Source: Chrysochromulina tobinii
Taxonomy: Eukaryota
Assembly (NCBI GenBank): GCA_001275005.1
Contig: JWZX01002916.1
Coordinates: forward strand, 1-45,557
DNA: 45,557 bases
Reading direction: 5' to 3'
The number at the start of each line of letters is the position of its first letter. Positions within the stretch are counted from its first letter, which is position 1. Below, piece after piece: positions 1-9,505 of the stretch. The notes beneath the pieces were generated by a model that saw only the letters and a list, made by a program, of their open reading frames with translations, had not been told where the DNA came from and did no database searches. Position numbers and translations under genes: made by a program.

Positions 1-878
1 TTCGCATGTGCCAGATGACGACAGCCGGTCCAATCGCGCTCCCAAGCGCAAGATGGCGAGTCCGAGACCAGGTTCACTTGTGAGGAGAATGTCTCGTGAG
101 GAGGCCGGATGCGAGCCAGCGCGGCGGTCTCCCGGTGTGTGTAAGCGCGCGCGCGCGCGCACGCCCATGCCCGCGCGGTGGTAGATGATCATCCATTCAC
201 CCGGAAGATTCTGAATCGTTTCAAATCCGCAGAGGTTGTGAAGTGCGACACCGCTCGCACACAACAGCGCACACACGCATCGTTCGTGATCTGCGTACAT
301 AACCAGAACCACTCGACAGTTTGACCGGGCGCACCACGCTACAGACCCCGGACACCGGACCGTGCGCGCGCGCGCACACCATGACGTTGGAGGAAAGGAA
401 GGACGGAACCGTACCGTACCGAACCGTCCACCATAGGAATACCTAATACACACGTGAAGTGCGTGAGCCGTCCTTGGACAGAAATGCTCACCATGGCCGT
501 ACATGAACACACGAAGAGAAGAAGCCGTCCAAACCGATGAATGATGCGCACGAGAGAGCGCCCGCCCTACCATCGCCACCCCCCTCCCCCATTTGAAATT
601 GCGGAAGCCCACAGCGGCGGCGCCGTATTCTCGTCATCGTATTGATGGCGCGCCCCGCGTACCCCGACGGCACGTAAGCATGAGATAGTGGCATGATGAC
701 GACTGATGATCATGAGAACCGGAAGACTGACCCGGAGGACGGCCGATGGGAACGGGCGCCCTCCTAACTGGAACGGATGCACTTTGTAACTGCGCAGAGC
801 TGAGAGAGAGAGAGAGAGAGAGGAAAGCTCTGGGAGCTGAGAGAGGGAGGCACGTCGCCATAAGGGGGGGCGTGGTCC

Positions 879-1164
879 TCAGACGTGATGAGGTCCCTAC
901 TCAGAATTGGAACCCTCCTCAGAACTGGGACGGGTTGACTTGATGAGGTCCCTCCTGAGAATTGGGACGGGTTGACTTAATGAGGTCCCTCCTCAGAATT
1001 GGGACGGGTTGACTTGATGAGGTCCCTCCTCAGAAATGGGACGGGTTGACTTGATGAGGTCCCTCATCAGAATTGGGACGGGTTGACTTGATGAGGTCCC
1101 TCCTCAGAAATGGGACGGGTTGACTTGATGAGGTCCCTCCTCAGAATTGGGACGGGTTGACTTG
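879..1164. repeat. 37-nt minisatellite (TCAGAATTGGGACGGGTTGACTTGATGAGGTCCCTCC), 6 full units plus partial units
   Basis: Units start at 919, 956, 993, 1030, 1067, 1104 and 1141. The array overlaps the stop codon of the minus-strand gene. No unique spacers. Confidence 0.95.
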
Positions 1165-4100
1165 GTAGAGGAGCAGCCCCGGCTTGTAATGCTGCTCGGA
1201 GCACACGGCGGCGACCGAGGCCCAGTCGCCCCCCAAGACGGCGCCATCGACGGAGTGCACCCAGCCGCCGAGCGCCGGATCGAAGGCGAAGGAGGCACAG
1301 GCGCCGACGCCGTGTTGGGCGTGTTGGGAGCTGCAGAGCACGCCGCGCAGCGTGGCGGTCGCCGGTTGCGGCGCCGACTTGAAGGCGTGTTGCATGTCGA
1401 TGGAGGTGGGCAGAGCCCGGAGGAGCTGGTGGACGACCGGCGGGGCGGGCGGGACCGTCTCCCAGCTGAGGCCGACGGGCAGCAGCCCGGGCATGGGCTG
1501 CATCAGGTAGCGTAAGATCTGCATGCGGTTGCCGCAATTGTACGTGGGGCAGAGCGGCCCGGCCGAGGAGGCGAGCTGTGACGTGAGCGCGCCCGCGGCG
1601 GTTGCGGGGCCCGAGGCGAGCTGTTGCAGCAGCAGGGGGACGGACACGTAGGCGGTCGACTGCCTATAATGGAGCGGCTCGAGCATCTCATCGCATGTAC
1701 ACTCACACATCTCCATGATCGACATGGAGAAGTGGTGCTCAACGCACGAGACGAAACGCTGGTCGGCAGACTCGGTGAAGAGTCCGACGAGCGCTTCGAA
1801 CGCCTCCCCTACGTCCGATGCGCCGCTCAGCTTCAAGCGCGCGCCGTCGACGACCATCGAGGGCAGGTGGCTGCGCAGTCCTTGCGGGCTCGAGAGCGCT
1901 GTGCTCGACTGGGCGAGCGCCCGCATGGCGCCCTGCAGCCCGACGACGAGCGCATCCGACGTGGGCGCGATGCGGAGCACTTGCGCTTTGAATGAGTCGA
2001 GCTGGCAGAGGAGCGGCAGGCAGGCGCAGAGGAAGGAGGTCGCGTCGATGGGTACGGTCGGCTCGGACGCGCCGTGTTGGGCGCCACTTTCGGAGGAGAG
2101 CTGACTCTTGAAGGAGCCGTTGGAGCTGCCGTGGGCGCTGCCGCCCATGCCCATCTCGCTCATCTGCATCTGCAGCGCCTCGAGTTGGCTCGCCGTATAG
2201 GGTGCCCTCGTGACGAGGGCGTCACCCATACCGCCGGCGCCCATCATGGCGCTGCTCGCGCCCGTGCCCATCATGGCGCCCGTGCATGACGAGGGCGGCA
2301 GCGGCGGCATGATGGCGTGCTGCTGCGAGCCGCCCATGCCACCCTGCCCGCCGCCGCCCATGCCCCCGCCGCCCATGCCCCCGCCGCCCATGCCGCCCGA
2401 GTAGCTGGGCAGCGGCGGCATCCCCGGCTGCTGCTGGCCGCCCATGCCCATCTGTCGAGCGCCGCCCATACCCATGCTGCCGGCACCGCCGGCGCCGCCC
2501 TGGCCAGCCATGCCCCCTCCGAGATTCATGCCGAGATTCGTGCCAGCCATGGCCCCTCCCATGTTGTTGTTGGGGCCGCCGCCGAGATTCATGCCGAGAT
2601 TCGAGCCGAGATTCGTCGGGCCGCCGATGCCAGCACCTGCCATCATACTACCGCCGAGATTCGCGCCGAGATTAGCGCCTGCCATCATACTACCGCCGCC
2701 CGACAGGTTGCCATGGAGCCCTCCGGCGCCGCCCATGCTGCCGGCGCCGCCCATGTCGCCGGCGCCGCCCGGGCCGCCCGCGCCGGCGGGCTGGCCCGGC
2801 TGCACGCCGAAGCTGATGCCGTTGCCGTCGAGGTCGGCGGGCATCGCGCCACGCATGAAGGCAGGGTTGATCTGAACCGGCGAGCCCAGGATGAGCACCT
2901 CGCTGCGCTGGAGCGCCGCCGAAGCCGAGGCGGGGCGTAGGAAGCGGCAGAAGGCATGGAGGGCGAGGCCGTCGGGGGGCATGCGCACGCGCCGCTGCTT
3001 GAACTTGGCGCCCTGTCGATGGAATTTGATGCCCCCGGGCGCGAGCTCCCCGAAGACGAGCAGCGCCTCGGCAACCTGAAGCTCGGACGCATGGCTCGGC
3101 ACGCGCATGAGCATCACCGTGAATGGGCAGATGCGTCGCTCGTTGGCTGACACCGGCCCGTAGACCTTGGCGCCCGGGCGTGACGTATTGCACCGGTTGC
3201 ACTTGTCGCGGAAGGCGAAGTTGATGTTTCCGCAGTTGGCGCACTTCCAGTCACCGGTCGCTGAGCCGGGCCCCTGGCCCGGCAGCATGCCCGGCTGCAC
3301 CATGTAGCCGCCGCCGCCGTAGCCCTGCGAAGGCATCATCGGCTCTGTGTTCCGCCGCTTGGCCTCGTTGGCGCGCATCACCCACGCGTCAGCACCGCGC
3401 ACCAGGCCCCCGGGCGACCCAGGGCGACCGCCCGTCGCGTTGCCGGTCGCGCCCGGACTCGTTGCGCGCTCGCCCGCCGCGCCGGCGCCTTGGCCCACCA
3501 CGGCGCCCTGGCCCTGGCGCTGCTGCATCACCCGCAGCAGCTGGTTCTGAAGCGACTGCTCCGCCTGGCCAACACGCTGCGGGCACGAGATGGGGGCGAG
3601 CTGCACGTGCAGGCAGCGCCAGCCGCCCGCGTGCCCGAGCGGGATGGTGCGCACGTTGCAGTTGGCGAGCAGCCGCAGCGCCTGCGTCTGCCTCTGCTCG
3701 TCGGTGAGCATGAAGAGGCCGTTGAACTCGCCCGGGGAGGCTCCATGCTTGACGCGCCGCATGTTGGGGAAGCGCATCGCGAACGACTGCAGGTGCTCCG
3801 GCTTCAGGTGCAGCACGCCGCCGATGAGCAGCGCACACTGCGCGCCGCACGCCTGGAACTCGGCGTTGTAGCTCCAGAACTCGTCGCACCTGATGAGGGA
3901 GGCCATCAGAGGACATGAGCAGAGGACACGAGCATGCACTCAGACGCACTCCGCTCCAGAACTCGTCGCACATGTGGAGGCCCAGATCGAGCGCCATCTC
4001 AGCAGGGCAATCGTGGAGATCGATCAGGGCAATCATGGAGATCTATCAGGTCAATCGCGGAGATCGATCAGGGCAATCATGGAGATCTATCAGCGCAATC

Positions 4101-4808
4101 ATGGAGATCTACATGTGGTTGCCCTGATCGAGCGCCATCTCGGACAGCCAACGGCCACAAAACTCGCACACGATCGGCTGAGGCGAGTGCGGCACGTGGC
4201 CACCGTGGCCGCCGTGGCCGTGCCCCATGGGCCCGCCGTTGGCGCCGCCGCCGCCGCCGTGGTGGAGGTGGCCACAGCCCGCGTGGCCCCCCTGGTGCGC
4301 GCCCGGCCGGCCGCCGCCGCCGCCGAAACTGGCGCCCGGCATGGCGCCCGGCATGCCACCGTGCATGTTGAAGCCCTGCTGAGGCATCCCGGGAGAGGAC
4401 ATGCCGCCCTGTGGGGAAACGCCCTGTGGGGAAACGCCCTGAGGGCCGCCCTCGAAGCCCTTCGGAGGCAGCGGCGGCTGCTGCCCATACGGCCCGTGCT
4501 GCTGTGGGGAAACGCCCTGTGGGGAAACGCCCTGTGGGGAATGCCCATACGGCCCGTGCTGCGTGCCCATTCCGCCTTGCTGCGTGCCCATGCCGCCTTG
4601 CTGCGTGCCCATGACGCCTTGCTGCGTGCCCATGCCGCCTTGCTGCGTGCCCATGCCGCCTTGCTGCGTGCCCATGCCGCCTTGCTGATGAGGGCCGCCC
4701 ATGCGCCCCTGTTGAGCGTGTGCGCCACCGCACATGCCCCCCCCCATGCCGTTGTGAAAGCCAGCCCCTGCGCCCATGACCTGCAGCTGGCCGCCTTGGC
4801 CACTCGAG

Positions 4809-4851
<43 letters not shown>

Positions 4852-5998
4852 ACTGCTGCTGTTGCTGCTGCAGCTGCTGTTGCTGCTGCAGCTGTAGCTG
4901 CTGCAGCTGCTGCTGCTGGACGGCAAGCTGCGTCTCCGCTTCCTTGCGCTGGCGCATGGCCTCCGCAGCTGTCTGGATGGCAGCGGCGCGCTCTACCTGG
5001 AGTTGGGCCGCCTGCTGGTTAGCCGCGGCGACGGCGAGCTCCGCCTCGCGCTTCTGCGTCTTGAGCGCGACTCGCGCCTCGTCGAGGGCCGCTGACGAAA
5101 CCGCCGACGGACGAAACCCCTCGACTGACGAAACCGCCGACGGCCCGCCCGTGCCGTTTCCCTCGCGCACCGCTGAGGATGCCTTGGTGGCGCTCGACAC
5201 GGCGCGACCCTGTTCGGCTTGCTGCTCGGCGAGGGAGAAGGCGAGCGCGCCAAGCAGCTCCTGCTCCTCGAGCGCCGTCTGTTCCGCCTCTGAGGGCTGG
5301 TGACCGTACGGGCGCGCCATACCGGGCAGCACTGCGCCCGGCAGCGCGCCCGTCAGCGCGCCCGTCAGCGCGCCTGGCAGCGCGCCCGGAAGCGCGCCCG
5401 GAAGCGCGCCTGGCAGTGGCAGCGCGCCTGGCAGTGGCAGCACACCCGGCAGCATGCCGCCGCCGCCCATGCCGCCGCCGCCCATGCCGCCGCTGCTGAG
5501 TCGGTCGAGCTGCTGTTGCTGCTGCTGCTGCTCCGCTTGCGACCGCTTGCGCTGGATGATTACGGTGAGCGCACGATGCGAGTCGTTGCCGCATGCCTCG
5601 AGGACCTGCGCGCAGAACTGCCACGAGCTGCCGGTCGCGTTGACGAGCTCCTGCACCGTTGGGTTGCCTGCGGCTTGGGGCTCCATCCCCGGAAGCGCTC
5701 CACCCACGGTGCTGGAGTCCATGCCTGGCAGGCCGCCGCCATCGCCCGCGCCCAGATTGCGCTGAAGCATCCAGTCGAGCGAGCCTGCCGACAGGCCGGA
5801 CTGCGAGCCCATCCCATCGCCCATGCAGCTGCTCATTTGCGAGCTGCCGCCGCAGCCATTGCCGCCGCAGCATCCCACACACGCCCAGTTCTGCGACTGC
5901 CCTGCGCCAGAGACAGGGAGCATGCCGTCCTGGAAAGAGCCGTCGTGCAGGTTGCCGGGCGATGAGAGCGAGCCCGTGGGCTGCGACGCGCCCCACAT
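1141..5998 (-). CDS. Multidomain protein: UBA-like, Gln/Gly-rich regions, RanBP2-type zinc finger, RRM, and C-terminal USP53/54-like (peptidase C19 fold) domain. Exons 5998-4113 and 3889-1141
   Basis: ORFs 4109..6496 and 1141..3939 join in frame (HM|CDEFWSY) across GT-AG intron 4112-3890. Motifs: GDWKCANCGNINFAFRDKCNRC (RanBP2 ZnF), HAFCRF (RNP1-like), SFLCACLPLLCQLDSFK / DVGEAFEAL / WASVAAVC..PGLLLYQ (USP53/54-like). Start codon and 3' end are uncertain. Confidence 0.7.
3890..4112 (-). other. Spliceosomal intron (223 nt) containing a copy of the spliced exon junction and 22-nt repeats
   Basis: GTAGAT donor and CCTCCCTCATCAG acceptor; removal restores the frame. Positions 3953-4000 copy both flanking exons. 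Confidence 0.75.
4809..4918 (-). repeat. CAG-rich trinucleotide tract encoding poly-Gln
   Basis: (CTG)n on the + strand inside ORF 4109..6496. Confidence 0.9.
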
Positions 5999-6594
5999 CG
6001 CGCGCGCGGGAGGCCTTAGGGGCCTCGCTCGCGCTCGAGTATGCCTGACTCGCCCTGTGTGTGCATGTTTCCTCGCAGACAAAGGTGCATCTTTCATAGT
6101 CTTTTCATGCACCGAAATTTGGCCAAATGCTGATGAGCCGGGTTCGCTGGCTCTCGGCTCCGCCCCCCCCTCCTGACGCCACCGCGAATCACGCATTGGC
6201 TTTCGCTTTACACCGTACACCAGGCAGTGGAGGCCCGAGAAAACAACGGTCCATGGGCCATCGCCTCGTTTAATCGTATATCGTTGTTGTTGCACACATC
6301 GACACGTCATCAAGATCTGCCCCCCTCCACACGCACTCATTCCGCCCTGCTGCATGCCGATGTGCCACGTGGCTCGTGAAGCGCCGCGTCGGCGCGGTGC
6401 GCCTACGGCGAGCCCCGTGCCTGCCGGACGTGCGCACCGCGCACCGCCCCGCTCGCCTGCCTCCTCTACCAGCCTATGGGACCACACCACACGCACACGT
6501 CACGTCCACTGCCCGACTGGGCGCAACACGCTAGGCGCCGTGAAGGCTCGTGACGGCGCTGTGAAGGCTCGCGGCGCTATCGCGGCGCGCGCGC

Positions 6595-8928
6595 TCAGAC
6601 CTCATCCTTGTCAGCGCTGCCCTCCTCCTCCTCCTCCTCCTCCTCCTCCGCTGCGTCCTCGGGCTCATCCGCCACCTCGAGCTCAGCCTCGAGCGCCGCG
6701 CCGGCCACACCGAGGTCCTGCGCGACGACGCGCGCCACGCGCTCGCCAAAGTCCTGCGCGTCCTCGGGCATGAGCTGGTAGCCAGCCGCGACCACGGCCG
6801 ACAGATAGAGCGAGAAGACCATGTCCTTGAGCTTGTCGTCGCCCTCGGGCTTCTCGGAGAGCCGCGTATTCAGCTCGACAATCATCGGGTGGCGAGGGTT
6901 GACCTCGAACATGCGCTTCGACTTCATGAACTCGAACTTGGTCTGGTCGGCGAAGGCCTGCGACTTCATCACCTTCTCCATCTGCGCGGTCCAGCCGTAG
7001 TCAGCCGAGAGCACGACCACGGGCGACTGCACCAGGTGCTTCGAGATCGACACCTTCTCGACCTTCTTGCCCAGCGTCTCCTTCATGTAATCGAGGAGCG
7101 GCTTGAACTTTTGCTTGTACTTCTCGTCGCGCTTTTTTTCTTTGTCGCCTTCCTCGAGCTTGAGGCCCTCGCGCGACGCGTTGATCAGCCGCTTGCCCTC
7201 GAACTCGGTCAGGTGCTGCACCGTGTACTCGTCCACCGCGTCGGTCATGAAGATGATCTCAATGTCCATCGAAAGCAGCTTCTCGACCGACGGCGACTTG
7301 AGCAGCGACTCCTTGTCCTCGCCCGAGATGTAATAGATGTTCTTCTGGTCCTCCTTCATGTTGGACACGTAGTCCTCGAGCGAGATCTCCTTGTCGCCCG
7401 ACTTGGACGTAGCGTAGCGCAGCAGCTTGGCGAGGCGCGTCCGGTTGGCAGCGTCCTCGATCAGACCCATCTTGATGAACTTGCCGAACGACTTCCAGAA
7501 CTGCGTGTACTTGGACTCGCCCTCCTCCTCGCCCTCGCCTTTCTCCTCGACCGCCTTCTTCTCCTTCTTCTCGCCATCCTCGTCCTCCTCGTCCTCGCCA
7601 CCGTCCTTCTTGTCCGCGTCGGCCATGCTCTTGATCATCGCGAGCGCCTTGCGCGTCATCTTCTTCCCGATGACCTTGAGCACCTTGTTCTGCTGCAGCA
7701 TCTCTCGCGACACGTTGAGAGGGAGCGAGTCCGAGTCGACGACACCCTTGATGAAGGAGAGGTAGCGCGGCAGCAGCTCGTCGAACTCGTCCGTGATCAT
7801 CACGCGGCGCACGTACAGCTTCAGGTTGTTCTGCTTCTTGTTGTAGTCCTGGTACGCATCGGGCGGCGCGTCCTTGGGGATGTACAGAATCGATTTGAAC
7901 TCGACCTCGCCCTCGGCCGAGAAGTGCGTGTGGACGAGCGGCTCTCCAAAGTCCTTGGTGATCGACTGGTAGAACGACTTGTACTCCTCGTCCGTGATGT
8001 CCGACGGGTTGCGCGTCCAGAGAGCCTTGGCGTCGTTGACGAGCTCCCAGTCATGGACGGTCTTCTTGACCTTCTTCGTCTTGGGCGCGTCGTCCTCCTC
8101 GTCCTCCTCCTCGTCGGCGTCGGAGACCTCCTCCTCCTCAGACTCCTCCTCCTCCTCCTCCTCGCCCTCCGCCTCCGCCGCATCGCCCTCCTCAATCGGC
8201 ACCTCCTCCTCCTCCTCCTTGGTCGTGTACAGGTAGATGGGGAAGTTGATGAACTCGGAGTAGCGCTTGATCAAGCCCTTGAGCCGTTCCTCCTCGAGGA
8301 ACTCGAGGCAGTCCTCCTTGAGTGTGAGCACAATCTTGGTGCCGCGGCCGAGGTCCTCCTCGTCGTCGCGCTTCTCGCGCACCGAGAAGGTCGAGTCCGC
8401 CGTCGACTCCCAGACCCACTGCTTCTCATCCTCGTTCGACTTGGAGTGCACGGCCACGTTGTCGGCCACCAGGTAGACGGAGTAGAAACCGACGCCGAAC
8501 TGGCCGATCAGGTTGACGTCCGCGCCCTCCGAGAAGGCCTCGATGAACGACGAGGTGCCCGACTGCGCGACGGTGCCCAGCTGGTTGATGAGGTCATCCT
8601 TGGACATGCCGCAGCCGCGGTCACGCAGCGTGAGCGTCTTCGCCTCCTTGTCAGCCATCAGCTTCATCTCGAGCTTGGCGATGTCGCCCTCGCCGAGCGC
8701 GGACGGGTCGGTCAGCGACATGAAGCGCGTCTTGTCGAGCGCATCCGAGCCGTTCGAGATGAGCTCACGCAAGAAGATCTCCTTCTTCGAGTAGAGCGAG
8801 TTGATGATGATGTCCATGAGCTTGTTCACGTCAGCCTGGAACTGGAAGGTCTCGCCCTTCTCCTCCGCGTGCGCGGTACGCGCGAAGAGGCCGAGCACGA
8901 GCACGAGCGAGGCGAAGAGGCGAGGCAT
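6595..8928 (-). CDS. HSP90B1: Endoplasmin / GRP94 (ER Hsp90), intronless
   Basis: Signal peptide MPRLFASLVLVLGLF, Hsp90 signatures (YSKKEIFLRELISNGSDALDK, IGQFGVGFYS, LPLNVSRE), and C-terminal KDEV, an ER-retention-like signal. Confidence 0.97.
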   Translation of the reverse strand: MPRLFASLVLVLGLFARTAHAEEKGETFQFQADVNKLMDIIINSLYSKKEIFLRELISNGSDALDKTRFMSLTDPSALGEGDIAKLEMKLMADKEAKTLTLRDRGCGMSKDDLINQLGTVAQSGTSSFIEAFSEGADVNLIGQFGVGFYSVYLVADNVAVHSKSNEDEKQWVWESTADSTFSVREKRDDEEDLGRGTKIVLTLKEDCLEFLEEERLKGLIKRYSEFINFPIYLYTTKEEEEEVPIEEGDAAEAEGEEEEEEESEEEEVSDADEEEDEEDDAPKTKKVKKTVHDWELVNDAKALWTRNPSDITDEEYKSFYQSITKDFGEPLVHTHFSAEGEVEFKSILYIPKDAPPDAYQDYNKKQNNLKLYVRRVMITDEFDELLPRYLSFIKGVVDSDSLPLNVSREMLQQNKVLKVIGKKMTRKALAMIKSMADADKKDGGEDEEDEDGEKKEKKAVEEKGEGEEEGESKYTQFWKSFGKFIKMGLIEDAANRTRLAKLLRYATSKSGDKEISLEDYVSNMKEDQKNIYYISGEDKESLLKSPSVEKLLSMDIEIIFMTDAVDEYTVQHLTEFEGKRLINASREGLKLEEGDKEKKRDEKYKQKFKPLLDYMKETLGKKVEKVSISKHLVQSPVVVLSADYGWTAQMEKVMKSQAFADQTKFEFMKSKRMFEVNPRHPMIVELNTRLSEKPEGDDKLKDMVFSLYLSAVVAAGYQLMPEDAQDFGERVARVVAQDLGVAGAALEAELEVADEPEDAAEEEEEEEEEGSADKDEV

Positions 8929-8957
8929 GACGCCGAGCACAATGAAGGAGCGGTCCG

Positions 8958-9440
8958 CCACGTAAGATTCTGTCCAGAAAGACACGTGTACACGGAGTAC
9001 ATGACGTGGATGCTGGCCCCTAAACACGTGGCCTAAGTGCGCCCCCCCCTCCGGGGGGGGGGAAACGCCCCCCCTGAGGTTTCCCAACTTTTTGTAACCA
9101 CCACACGGAAGTGAAGCACCCCACAGGACACTTACCATGGCTGTGGACGCACTTCTGCTTCCGCGGGCTGTGGGAAGACGAGATGTTTGCTCGTCAGACG
9201 TGGATGGAGTTTCGTTGCTGGACACGTGGCGGCATGCGGGGGGCGAATTTATGGATCATCAAAACTTCCTCCTCAGTTTGGCGCGAGGGTGATACCATTG
9301 TCACTAGAGGAGTGACGATGAGTGACGTGGTGGTTTGGCGGTTAGCCGTCGGGACGTTTCGCGAAGGGGACGATCGAGATCGGAGGAAAGGCGACGATTC
9401 TGTGTCACGTTGAGACAACGTGATAATAGTATCACGTCAT
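8958..9440. promoter_or_regulatory. Divergent promoter region with clustered ACGT-core motifs, including UPRE-like TGACGTGG at 9002-9009 and 9323-9330
   Basis: Exact TGACGTGG occurs 74 nt upstream of the GRP94 ATG, with several CACGTG/CCACGT motifs nearby. Function is inferred. Confidence 0.4.
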
Positions 9441-9505
9441 CAAGCGGTACGTGTACTCGCACTCGCTGCTCGGTTCTACTGTGAACGTGAATTGTTTCCG
9501 GCTCG

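Noticed and set aside
1..780. Possible first exons of a minus-strand gene running off the window
   Set aside because: Splice-like signals exist near 80-165, but no recognisable protein or firm frame could be established.
879..1164. CRISPR-like 37-nt repeats
   Set aside because: Units are head-to-tail with no unique spacers, there are no cas genes, and the context is eukaryotic.
5999..6496. N-terminal extension of ORF 4109..6496 (likewise 8929-9225 and 31421-31951)
   Set aside because: These run through intergenic or promoter-like sequence, and better ATGs lie downstream.
6889..9036. 715-aa plus-strand ORF
   Set aside because: It is the antisense shadow of GRP94, caused by high-GC codon bias.
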